NCBI GenBank assembly: GCA_945879015.1
Contig: CAMCUO010000009.1
Span: forward strand, 6,444-70,443
DNA from: Chitinophaga pinensis
Lineage (GTDB): Bacteria > Bacteroidota > Bacteroidia > 2-12-FULL-35-15
Direction: 5' to 3'
Length of the DNA: 64,000 nucleotides
Positions within the stretch are counted from its first letter, which is position 1, and every line of letters starts with the position of its first letter. Under the pieces are notes generated by a model. It made no database searches, had not been told where the DNA came from, and saw only the letters and a program-made list of their open reading frames with translations. Of the stretch, positions 43,385 through 53,034 are shown piece after piece. Made by a program: the position numbers and the translations under genes.

Positions 43385-46300
43385 TTAATACACAATAATT
43401 TTCTTCACTACATCGTGTTTATCATTTGTCAAGATAATGGTATAAACTCCTTTTCCATAATCAACAACGCTGAATGGTTTGTTATAATTACCAGAGAAGT
43501 TTTTCAATTCTTCCTTATAAATCAACTGACCTAAAGCATTCGTTAATTCTAACGTATAGTTCGCAGGAGTATATACATTAAATGTAATGTTAAAATTACC
43601 ATCACTTGGATTAGGATAGATGTTTAAACCATACTGATTACTTGCATCACTAATTCCAACATTTATAATTACTTCTGGAGCAGATTCTGCGGATGCACAA
43701 CCACTTGTTGTTACAATTACGGTATAGGTTCCATTTGATGTAAATGTATAGTTTTGGTTAGTAGCACCAGCAATCAATACTCCATTTAAATACCACTGAT
43801 TTCCTGTTGCAGAACTTGATGTTAACGTTGTTCCTGATACAGAAATTGTTGGTGTTGGAGGAATTGGATTTACAACCATTGTAATTCCTGTACTAGTTGC
43901 GGTAAGCGGACTAGCACAAGTTGCATTAGATGTTAAGATACACGTTACGATATCTCCATTCGCTAATGTTGTGGTTGTATAAGTAGTTCCACCTGTTCCA
44001 ACGTTAGTTCCATTTACTTGCCATTGATAAGTTGGAGTAGTTCCACCATTTGTTGAAGTTGCTGTAAATAAAACTGATGTTCCTGCACATATTGGTCCTG
44101 CAGGACTTGCAACAACACTCACTGACGGAGTAACAGTAGCATTTACTGTCATTGTGATAGCATTTGAAGTTGCTGTAGCTGTACTTGGACAAGCTGCATT
44201 CGATGTCATAATACAAGTTACAATGTTTCCATTTGCCAATGTTGTGCTTGTATAAGTTGTTCCGCCTGTTCCAACATTCAATCCATTCACTTGCCACTGG
44301 TATGTTGGAGTTGTTCCACCATTCGTTGGTGTTGCAGTAAATGTTACAGATGTTCCTGCGCATATTGCTCCTGTTGGACTAGCAACAATAGTTACCGAAG
44401 GAACTACAACTGGATTTACAGTCATTGTAATTGCATTGGATGTTACAGTAGCTGATGGGCTAGGACATGTTGCATTAGATGTTAAAATACACGTTACAAT
44501 TTGTCCGTTTGTTAAAGTACTAGAAACGTATGTCGGACTATTTGTTCCAACGTTACTTCCGTTAACTTGCCATTGATAAACAGGTGTTGTTCCTCCGTTT
44601 GTAATACTAGCAGTAAATGTAACAGATGTTCCTGCACATATTGCTCCTGCAGGACTAGCAACTATACTAATAGTTGGAGTCACTGTTGGAGTCACTGTCA
44701 TTGAAATGGAATTAGATGTTAACGTAACAGGACTTGGACAAACAGCATTAGAACCCAAAATACAAGTTATAATATCGCCATTGTTTAATAAAGCGGATGA
44801 ATATAATGGACTATTGGTTCCAACGTTAGCGCCATTTATTTGCCATTGATATGTTGGTGCTGCACCACCATTGGTTATTGTAGCAGTAAAGTTAACTACT
44901 GTTCCTGAACAAATTGTTCCTGTTGGACTAGCTACAATACTTATTGTTGGTGTAACCGTTGGATTCACCGTCATCGTAATTGCGTTAGATGTTGCAGTTA
45001 TTGGAGCAGCACATGGAGAACTTGAAGTTAATATACACGTTACAATATCGCCATTTGCTAAAGTTGTTGATGTATAAGTTGTTCCGCCTGTTCCAACGTT
45101 TAATCCATTTAATTGCCATTGATAAGTTGGAGTTGTTCCACCTCCACCAGCAGTTGCAGTGAATGTTACAGACGTACCAGAACAAATCGGTCCAGTAGGA
45201 CTTGCAACAATACTATTTGTTGGAACAACGCTACCACTAACAACAACCGCTACTGTTGAAACTGGACTAGTACAGCCCAACACAGTAACTGTTAAGCTAT
45301 AAGTACCAGCCATACCTGCTGTTGCAGATGGACGAGAAGGATCTTCAAGAGCAGAAGTATAAGCCAAGGGACCTGTCCATGCATATGTTGCACCAGCTAC
45401 AGTATTGGATGTCAATAAAATTGTTGAACCAGTACAAACAGGAGAATTACTTCCAACTGTTGGTGCTGCAGGGATTGGATTCACAACAATAGTAACCGTT
45501 CCAGCTAAACTAGTACAACCACCATTTGTAACTGTTAATGAATATGTCCCGCCCATAACTGTTGTAACACTTGTTAATGCTGGAGGATTTCTCACTGCTG
45601 CTGCATAACTATTTGGGCCAGTCCAGCTATAAGTATACCCACCACCTAAGTTAGGAGTAGTTAAAGTAATTGTACCACCTGCACAAATTGCGGCAGGAGT
45701 TGTACTTCCGTTAATACTTGGAACCGGAGTTGCCGGCAATGCGTTCACAACAACTGTTGTTGTTGCAACTGCACTTGTACATCCACCAACTGTAACTGTT
45801 AAACTATATGTTCCTGCCATCGCAAGTGTTGCAGAAGGACGAGTTGGATCTTCTAAAGAAGAAGAAAAGGCTGCAGGTCCTGTCCATGAATAAGTTGCAC
45901 CTGCTATTGTATTTGATGTCAAACTAATTGTTTGTCCAACACAATCAGGAGTACTACTTCCAACTGTCGGTGTTGCTGGTGTAGTGTTTACAGCAACTAC
46001 TGTTGTAGCAACGGCACTTGTACATCCACCAACTGTTACTGTTAAACTATATGTTCCTGACATGGCTGTTGTTGCAGATGCAATGCTTGGATCTTCCAAT
46101 GCTGAAGTATATGCAAGAGGTCCAGTCCAACTATATGTTGCACCTGCTACTGTGTTTGATGTTAATAATATAGTAGAGCCAACACAAACCGGGGAATTGC
46201 TTCCTGCTGTTGGTGTTGCTGCGGCTGTGTTGACAGCTACTGTTGTTGTCGCTATAGCACTTGTACATCCGCCTACAGTAATTGTTAAGCTATATGTTCC

Positions 46301-49300
46301 TGCCATACCAGCTGATGAAGATGCAATACTTGGATCTTCTAATGCTGAAGTATATGCAAGAGGTCCAGTCCAACTATATGTTGCACCTGCTACTGTATTT
46401 GATGTCAATAAAATTGTTGAGCCAACACAAACTGGTGTATTACTTCCTGCTGTTGGTGTTGCTGGAGATGTGTTTACAACTACTGTTGCAGTTGCCATTG
46501 CACTTGTACATCCGCCAACAGTTACTGTTAAACTATATGTTCCTGCCATTGCTGCTGTAGCAGCTGGACGAGTTGGATCTTCTAATGCAGAAGAATATGC
46601 GCTCGGTCCTGTCCATGAATATGTTGCACCAGCAACGGTATTCGATGTTAATAATATTGTTGAACCAGCACAAACAGGAGAATTACTTCCTGCTGTTGGT
46701 GTTCCAGGAACGGCATTCACAGCTACTACCGTAGTTGCAATTGCACTTGTACAACCTCCAACTGTTACTGTTAAACTATATGTTCCAGCCATTGCTGCTG
46801 TTGCGCCTGGACGAGTTGGATCTTCTACTGATGAACCAAAAGCACTCGGCCCTGTCCATGAATAAGTTGCGCCTGCAACAGTATTAGAAGTCAATAAAAT
46901 TGTTGAGCCCATACAAACTGGGGAATTACTTCCTGCTGTTGGTGTTGTTGGAGCTGCATTGATAACAACAGTAGTAGTTGCTTGCGCACTAGCACAACCA
47001 GCAACTGTTAATGTTAAGCTATATGTTCCTGCCATTGCCAATGTAGCTAATGGAATAGATGGATCTTCTAAAGCAGAGGCAAATGCTGCTGGTCCAGTCC
47101 AAGCATAAGTTGCGCCTGCAACTGTATTGGAAGTTAAACTAATCGTATTCCCCTCACAAACAGGAGAATTACTTCCTGCTGTTGGTGTTGCTGGAATAGC
47201 GTTTACAACTACCGCAGTTGTTGCAACTGCACTTGTACACCCACCAACTGTTACAGTCAAACTATATGTTCCAGCCATTGCAACTGTTGCTGCTGGACGA
47301 GTTGGATCTTCTAATGCAGAGCTGAAAGCTGCTGGTCCTGTCCAAGCATACGTTGCCCCGGCAACAGTATTCGAAGTCAATAAAATTGTTGCCCCTGCAC
47401 AAACAGGAGTGTTGCTACCCGCTGTTGGTGTTGCGGGAACTGCATTTACAACAACTGTTGTTGTTGCAACTGGGCTAGTACAACCAGCTACAGTTACGGT
47501 TAAACTATATGTTCCAGCCATTGCTAATGTTGCAGCTGGACGAGTTGGATCTTCCAATGCAGAGGTGAAAGCTGCTGGTCCGGTCCAAGAATATGTTGCA
47601 CCTGCAATTGTATTTGAAGTCAACAAAATTGTACTTCCAACACAAACTGGTGTGTTACTTCCAACTGTTGGAGCAGCCGGAATAGCATTCACTGTCATTG
47701 TAATTGCGTTAGATGTTGCTGGACTTCCAGTAACACCTGGTAAATTAGAAACCATAACACAAGTAACAATGTTTCCGTTTGCCAATGTAGTTGATGTAAA
47801 TGTTGATGCTGTTGCGCCACCTACAGGCGTTCCGTTTATATACCATTGATATGTTGGAGCAGACCCACCATTTGTTGGAGTTGCAGTAAATGTTGCAGAA
47901 GCTCCCACACACGTTGGATTTGTTCCGGTAGTTTGCGCTATCACTACACTTGCAACTGGCGCACTAACGCCTGTAATATTAATATTATCTAAATAAAGCA
48001 TTTGTCCCCAACCAGATTTGTTTTGGAATTTCACCATCACATTTGCTTGTCCGGCATACGGAGTCATGCTTACTGTTTCTGTTCTCCACTGCGCTGCTGT
48101 AGGGACAAACACTGTTGTTGCATTATCAGGAGCAGTAGATAAAAGAGTTGACCCTTTCGCATAAACTCTTGACCACGTTGAACCACAATTTGTAGAAACA
48201 AACACAATTAATGAATCGAAATACGTTGCATTGTATCTACAATAGGCAACATCAAAAGTCATTGTTGCAGAAGAAACTCCAGTAAAATTATATTTTGGAG
48301 TAATCATTTCGTCAAGATATCCCGCTGTTGAAGTTGGTGGAGTTAAATTGTCCATTGCAGCACATTGTGTGCTTGTTCCGAATCCTCCACAGGCAGTTGA
48401 TTGCGTCCAAGCAAAATCAGCATCTGGATTTATCAATTGCCAATTAGGAGGAATAAATGTTGCTTGAAATCCTTCTACCAAAGGCAATGCAATGGGTGAA
48501 GAAACTGTTATATAAGCTGTTTTTGTTTCAGTATCACTTCCGTTTGCATTTGTTGCAACCAATGTAACCGCATAAGTTCCTGCAGTATTGTAACAAATGT
48601 TTGTTGGATTTTGAATTGTTGATGTTCCCGGAGTTCCTCCGGTAAATGTCCAACTCCAAGATGTAGGAGATCCTGCAGAAATATCTGTAAAGTTGATACA
48701 ATCGCCCACGCAAATATTTACTCTGCTTGCTGTAAAATCCGCAACTGGTGGAGATGTTCCTGGTGAAGCTAAATCTGATTGCCAAATGCTGCGACCAAAA
48801 GTGGCAGCTCTCAATTTCAAAGCAGTATAATGAATTTCTAATTCTCTTACCGATACATTTGGCAAACCAGTATTGTATGGAGTCCAAGAACCGGCAGTGT
48901 TATCGCGGTAATAAACCCCAACATCTGTTCCAACATATAATGGATCATTTACCGAACTTCCTTGGTAAACAATACAGTTTGCAGGTAAATTAGGTAATCC
49001 TGTAGTATAATTGCTCCATGTAACACCTGCATCTGCTGAGTACCAAACTTTATTTGCTGCTGAGTAACCTGAAAAAGTTACCCAAACTCTGTTAGCGTTT
49101 AGTGGGTCTATTGCAATGTAAGAAATAGCAGCAGATGCTGTAGGAAGCCCTGCAGTTCTATCTATAAAGGCCGCTCCCGTAGTGCATGCATAAAATTTAT
49201 CGATTTTTGCAGCATAAATATAATTAATGTTTGAAGCCGCATTTGCTATTGCAATTACGTTTCCTGTTCCGCCTGAAATTGTTCCTACTTGTGTCCAACC

Positions 49301-51199
49301 ACCGCCACCGGTAGTGCTTTTATAAACTTGTGCTTTTCCAACAAAAAGTGTTAGCGCATTACTTGGCGCCATACAATATGGTGTAACCCAATCTCCATCA
49401 GCATTAACTCCTGTTCCTCCACTTGCTACAATTTGTGTTGTATAATTTCCGCCTGTTGTTGTTTTTCTAATATCTCCATAATATAATTCCCCATATTGAA
49501 TATTTGCGTTCGACCAATCAATAATAGATTCCATTCCATCGCCACCTAATGGTCGATTCCATGCTGTTCCTCCTACCCATCGAGCTGTTCCGTTATCTTG
49601 CCAACCTGTATTTAAAAGATTTGCATTGGTTGCTGATAATCCTATTCTGTATGCTTGAGAAATTTGTAATCCATTACTTAAGTCGCTCCAAGAAGTTCCA
49701 CTAGTTGTTGTTCTAAACAAACCACCATCGCAACCTGCAAAATAAGTTGTTCCGCTACCTGGTAAATATTCAATCGCGTGAACATCTGCATGCACATAAG
49801 GCGCACCCGAACCAGTCCATTCAGCATTTAATGTCCACCCTGTTCCACCATTTGTAGAACGCCAAATATTAATTCCGCCCACCATTACTTGATCAGCATT
49901 TAAAGGAGAAACAGCAAGTGCTAAATCATACCAGCCTTGTCCACCAGCAGTAGCACCTGTGTTAGAATATCCTAATATATTGGGAGTTGTAGAACGTGCT
50001 GTAAATGTTGCTCCGTTATCTGTTGAACGATATAATCCTTGAAATCCAAAAGCCGTATTTGCCGCTAAAACATATACATAAGCGGAGTTTGCTGCAGTTA
50101 CTGCAACTGATAAACGAGATACAGATGCTGCTGTTGGCAAACCTGTAGATGTTGTTGCGAAGGTTGTTCCAGCATTTGTTGATCTATAGAATAATGTTGT
50201 TGAAGTTGCATAAACAATGGTTGTGTCACCGGGACGATATTCAATGTCTTTCATGTTAGCTGCTGCTGATGCAATTTGCACCCAACTAACACCGCCATTA
50301 CGAGTACGATAAACACCATTGCTTGTTGCTGCAAAAAGTGTATTTGGATTTTGTGGATTAATTAATAATCGACTGATTGTTCTTCCTTGTGTAATTAACC
50401 AACTTAAGCCTGTTGGGTTCCAAGTGGTTCCACCATTTGTTGTTTTTAATACTCCGATTGAATAAGTGTCTTGTGCTTCTCCGTCACCTGTAGCAAGGTA
50501 TTGAATCAATGGACTGGTTGGATGAATTGCCAAATCGGTTGTTCCGATTACTGCTAACTGATCTGTTCCAGTTGTCCAAGTTGTTCCGCTATTAGTTGTT
50601 TTCCAAAGTCCGCCACCTGGAGAACCAACATAAATTGTTGTCGAAACTAATGGGTCGAATCTAACGAAATTACAACGACCTGCACCGCCACCACCAGAAG
50701 GAATTGCAGTTGTAGGACCAATGATTGTCCAGTTTGCCGCCAATGTTGTTGGAGTTGTTGGTCCGCCTGCTCTTGTTCCGCCTGCTGCTCCAGCATAAAA
50801 GTCATTTAAATAATCGTTCCACGCATTTACCATAACCGAACGGTCTCCAGAAGGATATAATCTCGATTCCATTTGATTTTCCCAACGCTTATATGCTTTC
50901 CAGCCTCCTTCCATTTTTCCTTTTTGAAGCGCTTCAGGAACAGTAGTTGGAACAGCAACACCTTTAGCAGGAATCAAAGGTGCTTTTGCCGAAGGCAATT
51001 TTGCTCTTTCTGCTTCCTTGAGTTTTTCAGTCTCTCTAAACTTTGGCTCGGAGTCTTTATAATAATCGTTAAATGCTTTTTGAACGTCATAAAAATTGAT
51101 AGTCGGATCTTGCATTTTATCCACCCATGTTTGGGAAAAAGCTGTGTTTACAATCGATGTAAGTGCAAAGAATGAAGAAAAAAGTAAAAATTTTTTCAT
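43385..51199 (-). CDS. Giant (2604 aa) T9SS-secreted repeat adhesin: signal peptide, Asp-box/BNR beta-propeller region, PKD domain, jelly-roll (MAM/choice-of-anchor-J-like) domain, 6 YQW-type and 10 Cys-pair Ig-like repeats, C-terminal sorting domain
   Basis: Signal MKKFLLFSSFFALTSIVNTAFSQ. There are about 9 Asp-box-like motifs (TTNSGTTW, TTNGGTTW, TRNGGVSW, STDNGATF, STNGGTGW, SADAGVTW...). PKD domain: PVADFTAS...GTYAVTLVATNANGSDTETKTAYITV. The C-terminal Por_Secre_tail-like domain is NIYPNPSDGNFNITF...GVYTIILTNDKHDVVKKIIVY. Confidence 0.88.
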   Translation of the reverse strand: MKKFLLFSSFFALTSIVNTAFSQTWVDKMQDPTINFYDVQKAFNDYYKDSEPKFRETEKLKEAERAKLPSAKAPLIPAKGVAVPTTVPEALQKGKMEGGWKAYKRWENQMESRLYPSGDRSVMVNAWNDYLNDFYAGAAGGTRAGGPTTPTTLAANWTIIGPTTAIPSGGGGAGRCNFVRFDPLVSTTIYVGSPGGGLWKTTNSGTTWTTGTDQLAVIGTTDLAIHPTSPLIQYLATGDGEAQDTYSIGVLKTTNGGTTWNPTGLSWLITQGRTISRLLINPQNPNTLFAATSNGVYRTRNGGVSWVQIASAAANMKDIEYRPGDTTIVYATSTTLFYRSTNAGTTFATTSTGLPTAASVSRLSVAVTAANSAYVYVLAANTAFGFQGLYRSTDNGATFTARSTTPNILGYSNTGATAGGQGWYDLALAVSPLNADQVMVGGINIWRSTNGGTGWTLNAEWTGSGAPYVHADVHAIEYLPGSGTTYFAGCDGGLFRTTTSGTSWSDLSNGLQISQAYRIGLSATNANLLNTGWQDNGTARWVGGTAWNRPLGGDGMESIIDWSNANIQYGELYYGDIRKTTTGGNYTTQIVASGGTGVNADGDWVTPYCMAPSNALTLFVGKAQVYKSTTGGGGWTQVGTISGGTGNVIAIANAASNINYIYAAKIDKFYACTTGAAFIDRTAGLPTASAAISYIAIDPLNANRVWVTFSGYSAANKVWYSADAGVTWSNYTTGLPNLPANCIVYQGSSVNDPLYVGTDVGVYYRDNTAGSWTPYNTGLPNVSVRELEIHYTALKLRAATFGRSIWQSDLASPGTSPPVADFTASRVNICVGDCINFTDISAGSPTSWSWTFTGGTPGTSTIQNPTNICYNTAGTYAVTLVATNANGSDTETKTAYITVSSPIALPLVEGFQATFIPPNWQLINPDADFAWTQSTACGGFGTSTQCAAMDNLTPPTSTAGYLDEMITPKYNFTGVSSATMTFDVAYCRYNATYFDSLIVFVSTNCGSTWSRVYAKGSTLLSTAPDNATTVFVPTAAQWRTETVSMTPYAGQANVMVKFQNKSGWGQMLYLDNINITGVSAPVASVVIAQTTGTNPTCVGASATFTATPTNGGSAPTYQWYINGTPVGGATASTFTSTTLANGNIVTCVMVSNLPGVTGSPATSNAITMTVNAIPAAPTVGSNTPVCVGSTILLTSNTIAGATYSWTGPAAFTSALEDPTRPAATLAMAGTYSLTVTVAGCTSPVATTTVVVNAVPATPTAGSNTPVCAGATILLTSNTVAGATYAWTGPAAFSSALEDPTRPAATVAMAGTYSLTVTVGGCTSAVATTAVVVNAIPATPTAGSNSPVCEGNTISLTSNTVAGATYAWTGPAAFASALEDPSIPLATLAMAGTYSLTLTVAGCASAQATTTVVINAAPTTPTAGSNSPVCMGSTILLTSNTVAGATYSWTGPSAFGSSVEDPTRPGATAAMAGTYSLTVTVGGCTSAIATTVVAVNAVPGTPTAGSNSPVCAGSTILLTSNTVAGATYSWTGPSAYSSALEDPTRPAATAAMAGTYSLTVTVGGCTSAMATATVVVNTSPATPTAGSNTPVCVGSTILLTSNTVAGATYSWTGPLAYTSALEDPSIASSSAGMAGTYSLTITVGGCTSAIATTTVAVNTAAATPTAGSNSPVCVGSTILLTSNTVAGATYSWTGPLAYTSALEDPSIASATTAMSGTYSLTVTVGGCTSAVATTVVAVNTTPATPTVGSSTPDCVGQTISLTSNTIAGATYSWTGPAAFSSSLEDPTRPSATLAMAGTYSLTVTVGGCTSAVATTTVVVNALPATPVPSINGSTTPAAICAGGTITLTTPNLGGGYTYSWTGPNSYAAAVRNPPALTSVTTVMGGTYSLTVTNGGCTSLAGTVTIVVNPIPAAPTVGSNSPVCTGSTILLTSNTVAGATYAWTGPLAYTSALEDPSRPSATAGMAGTYSLTVTVLGCTSPVSTVAVVVSGSVVPTNSIVASPTGPICSGTSVTFTATAGGGGTTPTYQWQLNGLNVGTGGTTYTSTTLANGDIVTCILTSSSPCAAPITATSNAITMTVNPTVTPTISIVASPTGTICSGTVVNFTATITNGGAAPTYQWQINGANVGTNSPLYSSALLNNGDIITCILGSNAVCPSPVTLTSNSISMTVTPTVTPTISIVASPAGAICAGTSVTFTASITNGGTTPVYQWQVNGSNVGTNSPTYVSSTLTNGQIVTCILTSNATCPSPSATVTSNAITMTVNPVVVPSVTIVASPTGAICAGTSVTFTATPTNGGTTPTYQWQVNGLNVGTGGTTYTSTTLANGNIVTCIMTSNAACPSTATATSNAITMTVNATVTPSVSVVASPAGPICAGTSVLFTATSTNGGTTPTYQWQVNGTNVGTGGTTYTTTTLANGDIVTCILTSNATCASPLTATSTGITMVVNPIPPTPTISVSGTTLTSSSATGNQWYLNGVLIAGATNQNYTFTSNGTYTVIVTTSGCASAESAPEVIINVGISDASNQYGLNIYPNPSDGNFNITFNVYTPANYTLELTNALGQLIYKEELKNFSGNYNKPFSVVDYGKGVYTIILTNDKHDVVKKIIVY
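43865..45235 (-). repeat. Five tandem ~91-aa Ig-like repeats (YQWQ.NG type) inside the adhesin gene; a sixth copy lies at about 47680-47950
   Basis: The unit IVASPTG.IC.GTSVTFTAT.TNGGTTPTYQWQVNG.NVGT....Y.S.TL.NG.IVTCI.TSN..C......TSN.ITMTVN repeats back to back. Confidence 0.85.
45235..47680 (-). repeat. Ten tandem 81-aa (243-nt) repeats, consensus ATPTAGSN.PVC.GSTILLTSNTVAGATYSWTGP.A..SALEDP.RP.AT.AMAGTYSLTVTVGGCTSA.ATT.V.VN
   Basis: The period was measured on DNA: TATATGTTCC at 46048 and 46291 are 243 nt apart. Unit 9 is divergent and slightly longer. Units 6 and 7 are nearly identical. Confidence 0.9.
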
Positions 51200-51602
51200 T
51201 TTTATCTAATTTAAAGAGCTATTTAATTTAACGAATCTATTCTTTAATTTTCAGGAAAAAAAACTTTTAGACTGGATTTAGATAAATGTCCTTTTTTAGT
51301 CGGTTAATGGTTTTTTGCTCTGTATTAACAAGATTGATTTTTCTTGCAATAGGTTGCACTAAAAACCCTTAAAATCGAATAAGAGAATCGACTTACATCA
51401 TTCCATTTTTCGCAAAATTATGTTGTTAAAAAACTCTGATTTAACAATGACATGTTCATTACTTTATGTCGTGTTTAAAAAATAGCCGTTTTTGTTTTAT
51501 AGTTTTATGCCGAAACTAAACCGCTATTCTAGAGTATAACCTTATAGGTAATATTGAAAATGTTTAGTTTGTGAAATATCAACCTGTAAAATCGTTCTGT
51601 TT

Positions 51603-52934
51603 ATGGTGAAAGAGAAAAAAATTTTCGTTCTTGATACGTCTGTAATTATTTATGACCACATGGCCGCTAAGAGTTTTAAGGAACATGATGTGGTAATTCC
51701 GATAACTGTTTTAGAGGAATTAGATAATTTCAAAAAAGGTAATGACACCAAAAATTTTGCAGCACGAGAGTTTACTCGATACATCGATAAAATATCCAAT
51801 GGTATTATTCTGCAAGATTGGATAAACATCAATGGCAAAGGCCACGGGATGATAAAAATAGAAATGCATCAAGATTCTAAAATCGATGCAGAAAGAGTTT
51901 TCGGAGAAAAAAAAGCTGATCACCGTATTTTAAATACTGCACTTTATGTTTCGGAAAAACATCCGAACAGAAAAGTAGTGATGGTTACGAAAGATATTAA
52001 TCTTCGCATCAAAGCAAAGTCACTCGGACTAAATGCGGAAGATTATGAAACCGGAAAAATTAAAGATGTTAACGAACAACTTTATACTGGAAGAAGTGAA
52101 ATACAAAAAGTTTCTACCGAAGTAATAAATGAAATTTACGAAAAAGGATTTTGTGAGCCATCCATTTTATTAAAAAAACAAAAACCAACTTCCAATCATT
52201 TTTATGTTTTAAAAAACGGAACAAAATCTGTACTTGCATCATATAGTCCGAGTAAAGATACATTAGAAAGAGTAAAAAAAGTTTCTGCATTTGGAGTAAA
52301 TCCACGCAATGCCGAACAAGCTTTTGCTTTGGATGCAATCATGAATCCGGATATAAAATTAGTTTCTATTCAAGGTGTTGCAGGAACGGGAAAAACACTG
52401 CTGTCGTTGGCTGGAGCGCTAGAACAGCGAAGAACGTTTCATCAAATTTATTTAGCGCGACCGATTGTTCCATTGAGCAATAAAGACATCGGATATTTAC
52501 CTGGAGATATTAAATCGAAGTTGAATCCATACATGGAACCGTTGTGGGATAATTTAAAGTTTATCAAAAATCAATTCAACGAAAAAGATAAAGAGTACAA
52601 ACAAATTACTGAAATGGTAGAACATGAAAAGTTAGTTGTTTGTCCGCTTGCATACATTCGTGGAAGAAGTTTATCAGATGTGTTTTTTATTGTTGATGAA
52701 GCACAAAATTTAACTCCACACGAAGTAAAAACAATTATTTCGCGTGCGGGAGAAAACACAAAAATGATTTTCACTGGTGATATTCATCAAATTGATACAC
52801 CATATTTAGACTCACAAAGTAATGGCTTGTCGTACTTAATTGATAAATTAAAAGACCAAGGACTGTATGCTCACATCACTTTAGAAAAAGGTGAAAGATC
52901 TGAGTTGGCGAATTTGGCTAATGAGTTCTTGTAA
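51603..52934 (+). CDS. PhoH-like ATPase with N-terminal PIN domain (PhoH2/YlaK type)
   Basis: PIN-like N-terminus (IFVLDTSVIIYD...VVIPITVLEELD), Walker A GVAGTGKT, Walker B FFIVDEAQN. 443 aa. Confidence 0.85.
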   Translation: MVKEKKIFVLDTSVIIYDHMAAKSFKEHDVVIPITVLEELDNFKKGNDTKNFAAREFTRYIDKISNGIILQDWININGKGHGMIKIEMHQDSKIDAERVFGEKKADHRILNTALYVSEKHPNRKVVMVTKDINLRIKAKSLGLNAEDYETGKIKDVNEQLYTGRSEIQKVSTEVINEIYEKGFCEPSILLKKQKPTSNHFYVLKNGTKSVLASYSPSKDTLERVKKVSAFGVNPRNAEQAFALDAIMNPDIKLVSIQGVAGTGKTLLSLAGALEQRRTFHQIYLARPIVPLSNKDIGYLPGDIKSKLNPYMEPLWDNLKFIKNQFNEKDKEYKQITEMVEHEKLVVCPLAYIRGRSLSDVFFIVDEAQNLTPHEVKTIISRAGENTKMIFTGDIHQIDTPYLDSQSNGLSYLIDKLKDQGLYAHITLEKGERSELANLANEFL

Positions 52935-52984
52935 GGTTCACCACAGATTACACAGATTTGCACGGATAATAATTTAAAACAAAA

Positions 52985-53016
52985 ACGCCTCGAGAATTTA
53001 TCTAGAGGCGTTTTTG
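52985..53016. terminator. Bidirectional terminator between phoH-like (+) and the propeller gene (-)
   Basis: Stem GCCTCGAGA / TCTAGAGGC (one mismatch), with an A-run before and TTTTTGTTTT after. Confidence 0.7.
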
Positions 53017-53034
53017 TTTTATAATCGTTTTCAA

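Noticed and set aside
45984-47849. Long plus-strand ORFs (293 aa at 45984-46865, 240 aa at 47127-47849, plus several 60-120-aa ORFs) inside the adhesin gene
   Set aside because: They are antisense shadows of the Thr/Ala/Val/Gly-rich 243-nt repeats. Their periodic sequence mirrors the sense repeats, they lack independent starts or signals, and the minus-strand 2604-aa frame has coherent domain architecture from signal peptide to sorting domain.
43865-47950. Regularly spaced repeats that could superficially suggest a CRISPR array
   Set aside because: The period is 243-275 nt, the repeats are contiguous with no unique spacers, and they lie within one continuous protein-coding frame. No cas genes are present.
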